A stretch of 64,000 nucleotides of DNA, from UHGV virus genome UHGV-0075239; one strand, 5' to 3'. This DNA is from a virus. Below, one piece after another: positions 10,225-20,170 of the stretch. How positions within the stretch are numbered: the first letter of the stretch is position 1; each line of letters opens with the position of its first letter. The notes under the pieces were generated by a model. It was not told the origin of the DNA. It saw nothing but the letters and a program-made list of their open reading frames with translations, and did no database searches. Both the position numbers and the translations under genes were made by a program.

Positions 10225-10857
10225 TTGGATTGCGGCTATATCTACCTGACCACGAACATGTTGAACGGGGTTTCTTACATCGGAATGAGTAGGAGCCCTG
10301 TTTTTAATCCTAAGTATTTTGGAAGCGGGGTTCATCTTAAGAATGCATTAAGGAAGTACGGGAGGTGCAATTTTTCTGTAGTTCCATTGTTGTTTGCAGA
10401 GTCGGAAGAGGATTTATGTTTCTTTGAGAGGACACTTATTCAGGCGTTCAGAGATAGTGGAGTTGCACTGTATAATATTTCAGATGGCGGGGACGGTTCT
10501 AGCGGATTTCATTTTACTCATTCTGATGAAGCACGTAAGAAAATAGGTGATTCAAAGCGTGGACGTCATAATGATAATATATCGGCTGGGTTGCGTGGAA
10601 AGCCACATTCAGAAGAAAGCCGACGTAAGCAGAGTGAGACATGCAAAAAGAGATGGGAAGACCCAGAATTTAAGGCACGTATGTTACTTGCAAGGAAGAA
10701 CGGGAAGAAGCGTTCGCCTTGCTCCGAGGAGACCAAGAAAAAGATTTCTGAGGGTAATAAGAAAGCCAACCATTCTGAACGATGGACTTCTGAAATGCGT
10801 GAAGCACAGAGGAGACGTTTTTGTATAAATGTTCTGAAGAGAGGTGAATCAGAATAA
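10225..10857 (+). CDS. GIY-YIG homing endonuclease (NUMOD3 repeats)
   Basis: GYIY..YIG..Y.GSG, YNI..GG, HS.E.R.K repeats; start uncertain (TTG after AGGAGG). Confidence 0.9.
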   Translation: MDCGYIYLTTNMLNGVSYIGMSRSPVFNPKYFGSGVHLKNALRKYGRCNFSVVPLLFAESEEDLCFFERTLIQAFRDSGVALYNISDGGDGSSGFHFTHSDEARKKIGDSKRGRHNDNISAGLRGKPHSEESRRKQSETCKKRWEDPEFKARMLLARKNGKKRSPCSEETKKKISEGNKKANHSERWTSEMREAQRRRFCINVLKRGESE

Positions 10858-12098
10858 TGGAGCTGGCTTTATTCAAAAGTTTTTTATCGCTGGGTAAGCC
10901 CGAAGAACTGCAGTACTTGGACAACTCGTCTGAGTCGAATTGGATTCGAGAGCATTACCAGACTTATGGGTCGTTACCTCTGGTAGCGACCTTTGAAGAC
11001 CATTTTCAGGTCACGATGCCAGAGTTCACCGAGGATTGGGACTATTACAAGAAGAACCTTATTGACGACGATTACGTCAAGCAAGCAGCGCCGCTGTTGG
11101 AGGAATTCAACACGAAGGCTGGGAAGATGTCTGCAAAAGAGGCTCTGCTCTGGCTGAGGGATTCTCTGGCGGCGGTTAGGGGCAAAGAAGTTATGAATAT
11201 GGGCACGTCCATACTCAAGAACGCTCCGAGCCGTATCGACTTTTTCCAAAAGCGTGCGGGCATCAGATGCTCAATCGGCATCAAGCCGTATGATGACATC
11301 TCTGGTGGCATCGGTGAGGACGATATTCTCATCGTGGCGGCTCGTCCAGGTCAAGGTAAATCGATGCTTGCAATAAGCATCGCAACGCACATGGCGGCAC
11401 AGGGCTTGAGAGTGGGGTTCTACTCGTCCGAAATGGCGGCGGAAGCAGTGGGCGCAAGGTTCGACTCATTTGCGGGTGGCGTTTCCAACTACGCCATTAC
11501 GCGTGGCAAAGAGGTTTCGTACTGGCACGACTATATTGATTCGCTTGAAGACTGGCAAGGAGACTTTATTGTCTTGACGCCGAAGGACTTGGGCGGTCGG
11601 TTTGCCACCCCGCAGGACATTCAGGCATTCATTGTCGGTGCGAACCTCGATGTAGTGGTGCTTGACCAAATCAACGGTATGCAGCTGGCAAGTACGCGCG
11701 GGGTGAGTTCGGAAGACCACTCGAAGTTGGCGGAACTGCAAAAGCAGCTGACGGCGATTCAGAAATCATTGAAGAAGCCGTTTGTAGAGGTCTTGCAGCT
11801 TAATCGTGAAGCGACGGGAGACAACGAACCTCAATTACATATGTTGCTCGGCTCTGGTCGTTTTGAGCAGGATGCATCGGCGGTTCTGGGTTCGTGGCGT
11901 AAAGCGAAAGACCTTATGATTATGAAGGTGTTGAAATCGCGTGACTTCGACGGCGAGGGACAGAAGTGGGAGTTCACAGTTGACTTTGACAAGGGTAAGA
12001 TTTTGCAAAGGACTGACGCGGTGTCCTCTGTGCGCAACGCGCTGAGCATAAACAAGGCGAAAGAAAAAGACGAAGACGACGAAGATTTGATGGATTGA
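10857..12098 (+). CDS. dnaB: replicative DNA helicase, DnaB family
   Basis: AARPGQGKS Walker A, S.EM, VVLDQ, QLNR, GSGRFEQDA, K.R. Confidence 0.9.
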   Translation: MELALFKSFLSLGKPEELQYLDNSSESNWIREHYQTYGSLPLVATFEDHFQVTMPEFTEDWDYYKKNLIDDDYVKQAAPLLEEFNTKAGKMSAKEALLWLRDSLAAVRGKEVMNMGTSILKNAPSRIDFFQKRAGIRCSIGIKPYDDISGGIGEDDILIVAARPGQGKSMLAISIATHMAAQGLRVGFYSSEMAAEAVGARFDSFAGGVSNYAITRGKEVSYWHDYIDSLEDWQGDFIVLTPKDLGGRFATPQDIQAFIVGANLDVVVLDQINGMQLASTRGVSSEDHSKLAELQKQLTAIQKSLKKPFVEVLQLNREATGDNEPQLHMLLGSGRFEQDASAVLGSWRKAKDLMIMKVLKSRDFDGEGQKWEFTVDFDKGKILQRTDAVSSVRNALSINKAKEKDEDDEDLMD

Positions 12099-12149
12099 CG
12101 GAGAATTTTGTATACTTCAACAGTGAATCAAACGCAAGGAGAATAAAAC

Positions 12150-13178
12150 ATGATTGAGAAGCTGAAACTTGAGCCATACATCCCCGAGTCGCTGGTGGTG
12201 CATATCTATTCGAAAGAGGGGCATCTGGTGGCGGAGCGTTACGACACCATCTACTGGGTGCGCGACGATTTTATCAACGTGGGGTGCGATGCGGAGTTCG
12301 ACTGCTATGTCGATGCAAAATTATTCTGCACGTTCGCTCCGTCTTTGAAGAGGATTGCTCTCAAAGACAATGTCGTGAGGCTGGTGCTGTTCAACGGCGC
12401 AAAATATGACTTGGATATGGTAAAGGCGGAGAACATTCCGACTTTCGATTTTCCCGAACTGCCGAACAAGTCGGTATTCGATTTCGGCGGCGTGGAGAAT
12501 GCGGCAAGCAAATCGCCGTTGCAGAAAGAGCTGAACACGGTCTACGTCGACGAGGATGGGTGCGTTGCATCCGACTCTATTGTGGCGGGCGTGAGTGGCA
12601 AGTTCAAGAGCTCTATTCCGTTCGCCGTTCCCGAGGGACTCCATTCGATGCTCAACGGAGCAGAGGCGGAATGGGGCATCATTGAGGGAAGGCTGTACAT
12701 TTCGTTCGGCGTGTACCGCATTGTTGCGGTGTTGCCGAAACTGCCCGACTTCGCGTGGTGGGATGCATCTCGCGGCGCGTTCGCAGACCTGCCCGAGTTC
12801 ACGGACGTGTCTGGGCTGAAGAGTTCGATTTCTCGTCTGGCAAACTTTGGCACGATGCTCTACGTCAAGGACGGACGCATCGCGGTGAACAAAGACCATT
12901 ACGAGCCGTTCGTGTTGGAAGGCTCTGGCGAGATTTTTGACATCAGCAACCTCAGCTCTATTGCAACGGACGACAAGTGCGGAGTGCAGCTGGTCGGCGG
13001 CAATCTGTATTTGAAAACTGCGGATGCGACGTTCGTATGTTGTGCGGTCGATATGGACACGCCGATTGTGCAGGAGGATTTCGACCCCGAGGATGACCCT
13101 GTCGACGATGCGGAGTTGTGCGATGCGATGGTTGACAAGCCGAAGGGCAAAAAGAAAAAGAGCGCGAAAGCCGAATAA
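12150..13178 (+). CDS. DNA polymerase sliding clamp (beta-like) protein
   Basis: AS......L..VYV.....VASD pattern of beta clamp domain 2; DnaX-like loader present in the window. Confidence 0.5.
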   Translation: MIEKLKLEPYIPESLVVHIYSKEGHLVAERYDTIYWVRDDFINVGCDAEFDCYVDAKLFCTFAPSLKRIALKDNVVRLVLFNGAKYDLDMVKAENIPTFDFPELPNKSVFDFGGVENAASKSPLQKELNTVYVDEDGCVASDSIVAGVSGKFKSSIPFAVPEGLHSMLNGAEAEWGIIEGRLYISFGVYRIVAVLPKLPDFAWWDASRGAFADLPEFTDVSGLKSSISRLANFGTMLYVKDGRIAVNKDHYEPFVLEGSGEIFDISNLSSIATDDKCGVQLVGGNLYLKTADATFVCCAVDMDTPIVQEDFDPEDDPVDDAELCDAMVDKPKGKKKKSAKAE

Positions 13179-13183
13179 GAATA

Positions 13184-13212
13184 AAAAGCCATCGATAATT
13201 CGATGGCTTTTG
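13184..13212 (+). terminator. intrinsic terminator fused to a TTTGTATA motif
   Basis: AAAAGCCATCGA-taat-TCGATGGCTTTT. Confidence 0.7.
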
Positions 13213-13239
13213 TATATGGTATCAACGGAGGAATTAAAA

Positions 13240-13695
13240 ATGGCATTGAGTATTGACGAAGTAAAAGCAAGTGCGATGGCTGAGCTTGAGCCGATGGTCG
13301 CTCCCGCTAAGGAGTTCATTGAGTATGTAAAGAGCGCGCTTATCAACGGAGTGGACACCATCAGCACCCAGCAGGTAGCCAATTGGCTATTCTCTATTCC
13401 CACACTTTACGGTGAGTTGAGATGTATCGAGGTAGACTGTCTGTTGTCGGTCGACTTGCTGGACGCGGAAATCGAGCGCGTGAAAGCGGACGTGATGGCG
13501 CAGAACGCTGGCGGTAAGGTGACGGACGCAAGAACGATGGCGGCGGTCGCGACGAACGATTTGCAGGTCAAGCAGTATGTTGCAAAATATATGGCGAAGC
13601 ACGTCAATGCGCTCTGGAGTCAGCTTGAGATGCTGATTTTTTCGGTGCGAAATATTTTCGAAGCAAGAAATTCAAAAGTAGACAACGACGTGTAA
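13240..13695 (+). CDS. helical protein, possible UvsY-like recombination mediator
   Basis: Long coiled-coil pattern, directly upstream of recA. Confidence 0.4.
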   Translation: MALSIDEVKASAMAELEPMVAPAKEFIEYVKSALINGVDTISTQQVANWLFSIPTLYGELRCIEVDCLLSVDLLDAEIERVKADVMAQNAGGKVTDARTMAAVATNDLQVKQYVAKYMAKHVNALWSQLEMLIFSVRNIFEARNSKVDNDV

Positions 13696-13705
13696 GGAGA
13701 AGCAA

Positions 13706-14785
13706 ATGGCTATAAGCGATATTATGAAAGCGGTGAACAGGTCATACGGAAAAGGTACGGCATCGTTCGGCGTTACGGTCAAAGACATTCGACGTTTGCC
13801 GACGGGAATAATTTCTCTCGACAACATTCTGCAGGGCGGACTGCCGTTCGGACGTGCGATTGAAATCTACGGCGCAGAAAGCGCGGGCAAATCGACGCTG
13901 GCATCCATTTTTGTGGCAGCGATGCAGCGAGAGGTTCCAGATCTCTACTGCGTGTGGGTGGACTCTGAGGGTACGTATGACCCTGTTTACGGTGAGATTC
14001 TCGGTGTGGACAACTCGAAGTTGATTTATGTAAGCCCCGAGAACCTGTCGGCGGAACAGACGTACGATACCATCACGGAGTTGCTGAACTCTGGTGAGGT
14101 GTCGATGTGCGTGCTGGACGATATTCCCTCGCTGGAGAGCGGGCAGGAAGAACAGAAAGACGTGCAGGACAGCACGATGGCACCGATTGCAGGACCTCTG
14201 TCGAAGTTCTGCAAGAAACTGAAGAAAGCCTTACTGCGCCATCGCGATACGACGATTTACGTCGGGTTGAATCAGCTGAGAGATAATTTCAGCCAGTACG
14301 GTGCACCGACGTTGACGCCAGGCGGCAGAGCGTGGAAACACGCTTGCTCGGTGCGTTTCGAGGTTACGGCTGTTCCTCTGGACGCAAGCGGCAAGGAAAT
14401 GGGAAGAAAGGTCGACAATCCCGCTATGACGCAAATCTCGGTTTGCAAAATCAAGGACAAGACCTGCAACAAGATGGGACGCAAAAAGATTGCCAGCTTT
14501 GTCATTTCCGACAACGGACTTGACACCCTATTCGACCTGTATAATGCAGCAGTGTCGGCGGGCATTATCAAAACCGCTGGCAGCAAACTTATGTTACTTA
14601 ACAAGGAGACGGGCGAGGTCATTCACTCGTGCGTTGGCAAAGACGCTTTCCGCAAGTCGCTGACGGCGGAGCATATTGCCTATCTGAAATCGGTGTTCGA
14701 GGAAGAGACGGAAAAGGTGGACGAGTCGACCTTGCCGCCGCTGGAGAATGACGAAGAAGAGGGCGGCGAAGACACGAACAAATAA
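13706..14785 (+). CDS. recA: RecA/UvsX recombinase
   Basis: PTG..SLD.ILQGGLPFGR.IEIYGAESAGKS, NQLR, TPGGRAWKH. Confidence 0.95.
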   Translation: MAISDIMKAVNRSYGKGTASFGVTVKDIRRLPTGIISLDNILQGGLPFGRAIEIYGAESAGKSTLASIFVAAMQREVPDLYCVWVDSEGTYDPVYGEILGVDNSKLIYVSPENLSAEQTYDTITELLNSGEVSMCVLDDIPSLESGQEEQKDVQDSTMAPIAGPLSKFCKKLKKALLRHRDTTIYVGLNQLRDNFSQYGAPTLTPGGRAWKHACSVRFEVTAVPLDASGKEMGRKVDNPAMTQISVCKIKDKTCNKMGRKKIASFVISDNGLDTLFDLYNAAVSAGIIKTAGSKLMLLNKETGEVIHSCVGKDAFRKSLTAEHIAYLKSVFEEETEKVDESTLPPLENDEEEGGEDTNK

Positions 14786-14804
14786 AACTTGGAGGATTGA
14801 ACAA

Positions 14805-15341
14805 ATGAGCAAGTTAACTTTGATGGGTCAAATGAGACACATCGACGAAAAGAAGTACATATCTTTTCGCACCGAAAGCAAGGAGCATTTGCTCCCGATT
14901 ATTGCGGATGGAGACGCGGCGGAGGGTGCGTGGGTTCACTTCTCAGGCATACTCCGCACGCAGTTTATTCCCGAGGGCGGTCGTTACCGCAAGGCTTGGT
15001 TCGGTCTGGGTCATTTACATCCGTCCTATGATGGGCTGTATGCGAACGAGCTGACCGTTGAGTCGGGCGTGGTGGTTCGTGTCGACGAATTGCGTACAAC
15101 GCCGCTGACGTTGCGCAAGATTGTGGACTTCGTGGTCGCGGACGGGCAGGACTATTACAACTGCATTGCGTTCGGCAAGACGGCGGATAGGCTTATTCGC
15201 TATAAGAAGAAGGGTCGTGAGATTACGCTGATTTCGGCGCAGTTTCATTCGAGAGCATACACGAAGGATGGCGAACCGAAAACGGCGTATGAGGTTTGCG
15301 TGAGGGATTTGTATAACCATCTGGAGGAATTATGGCGATGA
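14805..15341 (+). CDS. single-stranded DNA-binding protein (tandem OB folds)
   Basis: ELRTTP, CIAFGKTA, SR.YTK.GE.KTAYEV. Confidence 0.75.
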   Translation: MSKLTLMGQMRHIDEKKYISFRTESKEHLLPIIADGDAAEGAWVHFSGILRTQFIPEGGRYRKAWFGLGHLHPSYDGLYANELTVESGVVVRVDELRTTPLTLRKIVDFVVADGQDYYNCIAFGKTADRLIRYKKKGREITLISAQFHSRAYTKDGEPKTAYEVCVRDLYNHLEELWR

Positions 15342-15550
15342 TTATTGAGTCGGACTTGGTTTCGGCTGTGAAGGCAAAGAGGATTCCAACTCTGCGACAG
15401 GACGTCAGTTGCGCTGACCTCAGTCTGCAAGAGCTGGAAATCGAAAACGCGATTCGTGATTGCGACTCGCTGGGTAAGGTCGACGCCTTAGTCGACAAAC
15501 TTATTATGTATGTGGCGTTGAACAAGTGCCGCATGAATTCGGAGGGATAA
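15332..15550 (+). CDS. hypothetical protein
   Basis: 72-aa ORF, GGAGG RBS. Confidence 0.5.
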   Translation: MAMIIESDLVSAVKAKRIPTLRQDVSCADLSLQELEIENAIRDCDSLGKVDALVDKLIMYVALNKCRMNSEG

Positions 15551-15551
15551 C

Positions 15552-16211
15552 GTGGAAGGACTTACGCAGAAAAAAATCGAGGAAAACAAACAGGAAATCA
15601 TTCGGCTGTTGCGCCTTACGGGACGCGAAGGAATCGACAAACTGATTTCCTATCTGGAAAAGAGAGACTACTTTACCGCGCCCGCGAGCACGCAGTATCA
15701 TCTGTCGTGTGTCGGCGGTCTGGCGCAGCATTCTCTGAACGTGTACGCCAACATGATGAGGCTTTACTACGGCGATAAGTGGGAATCGCTCGAAGAGTAT
15801 ACCACTCGCGACGAGGAAGTCGACCACGAGAACATCATCATCGTTGCACTCTTGCACGACCTGTGCAAAGTGGACTTCTACAAGGTATCCTCGCGCAACG
15901 TGAAAGAGAACGGCACTTGGAAAGAGGTGCAGGTTTATACGATTGACGAGGCGATGCCGATTATGGGGCACGGCTCGAAGTCGGTCATTGTGGCGCAGCA
16001 GTTCATCAGACTTTACTTCCCCGAGATTCAGGCAATCTCGTTTCACATGGGAAATCAGGACGATGACAAGGGATATTCGAAAACGATTTCGAATGTGTTC
16101 GGCACGGTTCAGCTTGCGCTGTACGTCCATCTCGCTGACATCAAGGCGACGTTTGAAGAGGACGTTAAGTGCTTGAAGTTGGAAGAAGAGGACGACGGCT
16201 TGCCGTTCTGA
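15552..16211 (+). CDS. HD-domain phosphohydrolase
   Basis: APAS..YH....GGL..HS, LLHDLCK, GHG.KS, HM, H.AD. Confidence 0.9.
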   Translation: MEGLTQKKIEENKQEIIRLLRLTGREGIDKLISYLEKRDYFTAPASTQYHLSCVGGLAQHSLNVYANMMRLYYGDKWESLEEYTTRDEEVDHENIIIVALLHDLCKVDFYKVSSRNVKENGTWKEVQVYTIDEAMPIMGHGSKSVIVAQQFIRLYFPEIQAISFHMGNQDDDKGYSKTISNVFGTVQLALYVHLADIKATFEEDVKCLKLEEEDDGLPF

Positions 16212-16212
16212 G

Positions 16213-16509
16213 GTGAGCATGGAAAAGAAGCGAATGAACCTCATGGAGTTTATGGGCGAGCATCCGAGCAAAACTGCTCGCCAGCCAAAGCGCGGCGCGA
16301 CGGATAAAATGATTTCGTATGCGAAAGCGATTGCCGATATTCTTGAATTGGACTATCCCGATTTTGACGATTTCAATGACACGTCGGAGTTTATTTCCTA
16401 TAATAAAGATGACTACTATGAGGCGTTGGACGATGACGATTCGGACGCTTTCAACAGCGACGACGGTTCGGACGGCTCAAATCCGTTCAATAAATACAGG
16501 AGTAACTGA
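16213..16509 (+). CDS. small acidic hypothetical protein
   Basis: ORF with AT.KM..YA..IA..L motif and Asp-rich tail. Confidence 0.55.
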   Translation: MSMEKKRMNLMEFMGEHPSKTARQPKRGATDKMISYAKAIADILELDYPDFDDFNDTSEFISYNKDDYYEALDDDDSDAFNSDDGSDGSNPFNKYRSN

Positions 16510-16510
16510 A

Positions 16511-17221
16511 ATGGAAAAGAAAGAAAAAGCGGCTGAGCCTATCAAGGAAGAGGCGAAGAAAGAGGAGCAGGTCAAGGTGGAGTTCCCAAAGGTACTCATC
16601 TTTACTGCTATGCAATCGGAGCGCGACAAAATCGTGCAGCCCGCGCTGACGAAGTTGGGTTTGCTCGGTCGCACGGATATCTGGAGCGTTATCACGGGTG
16701 TTGGCAAAGTCAATGCGGCAGTGAGTACCTCGATGGCTCTCAATGCCGTTTTCGCCCTCAATCCGCAGGAGTTTACCAACGTGCTGTGCATCAACGTGGG
16801 TGTCTGCGGCGGCAACGACGTGGCGGCGCGCGACGCAAAGTGCGTGCAGATACATCGTGTGTGCAACAACGACTTTGACACGAGTGCGGTGGACGGAGAA
16901 GCGTTCCGCAAACCAGTGCTTGAAGTCGCGACGGCGGAGAAGACGCGTACCTGTTTCACGCAGGACCACTTCTGCACTGACCCGAACGAACTGCCGCAGG
17001 ACGGCGAGCCTTATTACGTGGATATGGAGCTGTTCGGAATCGCGGCGGCGTGTTCGCAGTTCGGCGTGCGGCTGGTGTCGCTCAAATCTGTGTGCGATGT
17101 TATCGGCAGCGGCAAGCAGAAAGAGCAGTACGAAGGAGTCAATTTTGACTCTGCGTGCGGGCTTGCATCTGAGTTGCTGGTGGAGTATTTATCTGCGGGC
17201 ACCGATGTTGTATTAAAGTAA
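16511..17221 (+). CDS. 5'-methylthioadenosine/SAH nucleosidase (PNP/UDP family)
   Basis: AM.SE, TGVGKVNAA, INVGVCGG, T.DHF, VDME, KSVCD. Confidence 0.85.
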   Translation: MEKKEKAAEPIKEEAKKEEQVKVEFPKVLIFTAMQSERDKIVQPALTKLGLLGRTDIWSVITGVGKVNAAVSTSMALNAVFALNPQEFTNVLCINVGVCGGNDVAARDAKCVQIHRVCNNDFDTSAVDGEAFRKPVLEVATAEKTRTCFTQDHFCTDPNELPQDGEPYYVDMELFGIAAACSQFGVRLVSLKSVCDVIGSGKQKEQYEGVNFDSACGLASELLVEYLSAGTDVVLK

Positions 17222-17236
17222 TGAAAACATTGGCAG

Positions 17237-17713
17237 GTGTTGGTATTGAAGGAAGCAACTAAGTTACTACAACCAAAACCAGATTCGCTCGAGTCTGGTC
17301 TTTGCCATACCTGCATCCACTTTATTTCTGGCAAATGCGACACTGGAAGACCTTGCGGACAGGTGCTGGCTTGCCGTTCTCAAGCGAGGGCTATGGTCGT
17401 AGGTCGGTATCCGAGTGGGAGGGTTCGACAGACCCCGCCAAAACGGACGACACCGCTCAAGAAAGATATGCCCAAGCCAATGCTGTGGGCGAAGACGCGC
17501 GAGCGCATGAAAGAGTTAGGCGAGTCGTGTGGGTGCGTATGGATTCAGTTTTTATCAAACTCGCAGCAGGTTTCTGTTCGGCGTTTCATCAAGAAGGGAC
17601 GAATGACTGCGGTGTATATTGACGGCGCAGATATTAGAAGTGTTCCAGCCTTATTCGTAAGCAAAGAGGAGCTGGACACTGTTTTTGAACATTGGGAGGC
17701 AAATTATGACTGA
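17237..17713 (+). CDS. hypothetical Cys-containing protein (start uncertain)
   Basis: ORF fills the gap; CHTC motif. Confidence 0.4.
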   Translation: MLVLKEATKLLQPKPDSLESGLCHTCIHFISGKCDTGRPCGQVLACRSQARAMVVGRYPSGRVRQTPPKRTTPLKKDMPKPMLWAKTRERMKELGESCGCVWIQFLSNSQQVSVRRFIKKGRMTAVYIDGADIRSVPALFVSKEELDTVFEHWEANYD

Positions 17714-17960
17714 GACTTTGTATGTCGCGGTGGTTATTGGAGACGGACCGTACTACGGTATGGTACCCGATTTCTCGCTTATGGCGAGTGGAGACACGGT
17801 CGATGGCGTTGTGACGCAGTTGCAGACGCTGACCAACGAATCTGTCGCGCTGTCGCAACGTTACGGCACACCCATCCCTGTGGCTACCTCGTCTGAGGTT
17901 ATCAAGGCGCATTGGAAAGGAGACCAATATCAGTTTTCGAGTGTGGTAGTGCGCGTGTAA
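17706..17960 (+). CDS. HicB-like antitoxin domain protein (orphan)
   Basis: Y.AV....Y...VPDF....SGDT........G.PIP..S. Confidence 0.7.
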   Translation: MTETLYVAVVIGDGPYYGMVPDFSLMASGDTVDGVVTQLQTLTNESVALSQRYGTPIPVATSSEVIKAHWKGDQYQFSSVVVRV

Positions 17961-17977
17961 GTTTTGTATATGTAGGC

Positions 17978-18676
17978 ATGGTGAAGATGAAGTTTTTTGA
18001 CGAAGTAGAAAAGGAAAAGAACGACGTCGTTATTCAACAGCCTAAAGTAGAGTTTCAAAAAGCAGGTTTACTGCGGTCGGTAGGCGACTTCTCTATTGAG
18101 GTTTTGGACGCGATAGAGAAGTGGCTTTTTTCTTTCCCCACGGGAATGACGAAAGAGGCTTTCCAACGGCAGATTGACCACTTGGAGAAAGACCCTGCTA
18201 TTGCTCTGGCTCAGTTGAAGGCGGCACACGGGTATCGCGTGATTCGGAAACACAAGGAAGAGTTTCCGATGCTTGAGAAGAGCTTTATTGAGTGCGTGGC
18301 GGAGGGCATGATGTTCGTCACAATCGATGGAGCAAAGAAGAAATGTGAGAAGTATGTTCTGTCGGCGATTAAGGACTTGAAGCCACACGGCTCGGTATAC
18401 GTCCTCGACTGTGCAGTACTTTTCGCCGAGTTGAAGTCTGCCCGCGAGCGTGGAACATCTGATGACCTTATCTCTAAGGCACAGAAGTGCGATTTCCTTA
18501 TTATGGAGAAGCTCGCGCAGCCAATCGGGTACGTGAGCAATGTCGCGTGCTGGGCACTCATCGCTCTGGTCAACGCGCGGGTGGAGCAGAACAAACCAAT
18601 TTTAGCAAGGCATAACGAGTACAAGAACTTGAAGCCGATTTATGAGAAGTGTCCGATTTATTCTTTGGGAGAGTAG
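17978..18676 (+). CDS. degenerate DnaC/IstB-like helicase loader
   Basis: CDFLIMEKL, L..LVNARVEQNKPIL..N; no intact Walker A. Confidence 0.55.
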   Translation: MVKMKFFDEVEKEKNDVVIQQPKVEFQKAGLLRSVGDFSIEVLDAIEKWLFSFPTGMTKEAFQRQIDHLEKDPAIALAQLKAAHGYRVIRKHKEEFPMLEKSFIECVAEGMMFVTIDGAKKKCEKYVLSAIKDLKPHGSVYVLDCAVLFAELKSARERGTSDDLISKAQKCDFLIMEKLAQPIGYVSNVACWALIALVNARVEQNKPILARHNEYKNLKPIYEKCPIYSLGE

Positions 18677-18678
18677 TT

Positions 18679-18978
18679 ATGGCGAAATGGGACAAACGAT
18701 TCAATCCACCGCCTGTGCGGAGGAATCCAAAACTTGAACGAATGGGCAGCAAGACCTCGTGTGTTGAGAGGATTCTCACCACGTACATCGAGACTGGGCG
18801 GTCGGTTCGCTCTCTGGCGGCGTTCTACGGTTGCAGCAAGTCAACCATCGGTCGATACATAAACGAGTATGCAAGGGAAGAAATGCCCTATCATATGTAC
18901 GAACAGGCTCGCCGTCAGGCAAAGAACAATCTCGGTCAAGGCTCGAACGATACTGATGAATGGGGGAGCATGGACTAA
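18679..18978 (+). CDS. SpoIIID-like HTH transcription regulator
   Basis: YIETGRSVRSLAAFYGCSKSTIGRYI resembles SpoIIID YIVETKKTVR.IAKEFGVSKSTVHKDL. Confidence 0.65.
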   Translation: MAKWDKRFNPPPVRRNPKLERMGSKTSCVERILTTYIETGRSVRSLAAFYGCSKSTIGRYINEYAREEMPYHMYEQARRQAKNNLGQGSNDTDEWGSMD

Positions 18979-18979
18979 T

Positions 18980-19243
18980 ATGATGCGGGCGTGTAAATTC
19001 AATTATACCGAGCCGTCAATTGGAATCGGCGGCAGACCTCATTGTTGCGAATGTGTCCACACTGTGGATGCGAACGGGCATCGGCATTACGGGATTATAA
19101 AGACGCTTTCACCTCACGACAGAGATTTTGGAAAGTTGGCGCTTTATTGCGACAAGCAGGACGGGTATGTAAAGCCGTACGCGTGGTGCGATGAAATCGA
19201 CCCGCCGTACAAACCAGGAGGACCAAAATGTCTAGGGCGTTAG
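18980..19243 (+). CDS. small Cys-rich hypothetical protein
   Basis: CCECVH...C.K....V.P..WCD. Confidence 0.5.
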   Translation: MMRACKFNYTEPSIGIGGRPHCCECVHTVDANGHRHYGIIKTLSPHDRDFGKLALYCDKQDGYVKPYAWCDEIDPPYKPGGPKCLGR

Positions 19244-19255
19244 CATTTCAAAAGA

Positions 19256-19657
19256 GTGTGTTCGGTGAAGACTGAGAACCACTGCGTAGGCGGGCACTGC
19301 TCGTGCTGTGGCGGTTGCTGTTCGGATATTTTTCCCGTTACTAAGAAGGAGCTTGACACACTTCGCAAGTTCGTGCGCTCGCATCATTACAAACCGCACA
19401 CGCAACTCAAAATGGGAATGACGGCTACATACGATATGACTTGTCCGTTTCTCAACGAGGAAAAGAAATGTGACATTTACGATATTCGACCCGAAACCTG
19501 TCGGCTGTTCAAGTGCGACACACTGAACCCATTCACAATGGAGGAGTTTGTAAAGCAGCCGATTGAGTTGCAGAAGGCTTATTTGAATCTGGCATCAAAA
19601 CTGCCCGAGGCGGTTTCTCTGCGTGAGCAGGTGTTCGGTCAGAAAGTGCCGTTTTAG
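19256..19657 (+). CDS. YkgJ/CxxCxxCC family Fe-S/Zn cluster protein
   Basis: CSCCGGCC, CPFL...KCDIYDIRPETCRLF. Confidence 0.85.
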   Translation: MCSVKTENHCVGGHCSCCGGCCSDIFPVTKKELDTLRKFVRSHHYKPHTQLKMGMTATYDMTCPFLNEEKKCDIYDIRPETCRLFKCDTLNPFTMEEFVKQPIELQKAYLNLASKLPEAVSLREQVFGQKVPF

Positions 19658-19672
19658 CGGTATACGTTAAGC

Positions 19673-20170
19673 ATGGAAAAGTGGGCAAGTATTTCAGGCT
19701 GGGAAGGTCTGTATGAGGTTTCAACTTTGGGCAGGGTTCGCTCTGTTCAACGAACCGAGTACGGAGTTACAAAGATTTTGAAATGTCGCGGCGGGAAATA
19801 TCATTCGGTGATATTGTGCAGGGATGGTTTTCGCAAGAGCGAGCTGGTGCATCGTCTGGTGGCGCAAGCCTTTATTCCGAATCCAGATGATTTGCCATTT
19901 GTGAATCATAAGGACGAAGATAAGCATAATAATTGCGCGGATAATTTGGAGTGGTGCACTCGAAGTTATAACAGGAATTATGGAACTTGCACCGAAAGGC
20001 AGAGAGCAAAGATGCTAGGTCGGGTTGTTTCGGAAGAGACACGTGAAAAATTGCGTATAGCAGGATTGGGAAGAAAGCATTCGGAGGCTACGAAGCGAAA
20101 AATTTCCGAGGCAGTTAGGAGGCGAAACGATGGAAAAATGGGAGAATGTCTATCGCCCGAGAACCTTTGA
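19673..20170 (+). CDS. NUMOD4-HNH homing endonuclease
   Basis: W..I.GWEGLYEVS.LGRVRS, VHRLVA.AF, VNHKDEDKHNN.ADNLEW. Confidence 0.9.
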   Translation: MEKWASISGWEGLYEVSTLGRVRSVQRTEYGVTKILKCRGGKYHSVILCRDGFRKSELVHRLVAQAFIPNPDDLPFVNHKDEDKHNNCADNLEWCTRSYNRNYGTCTERQRAKMLGRVVSEETREKLRIAGLGRKHSEATKRKISEAVRRRNDGKMGECLSPENL

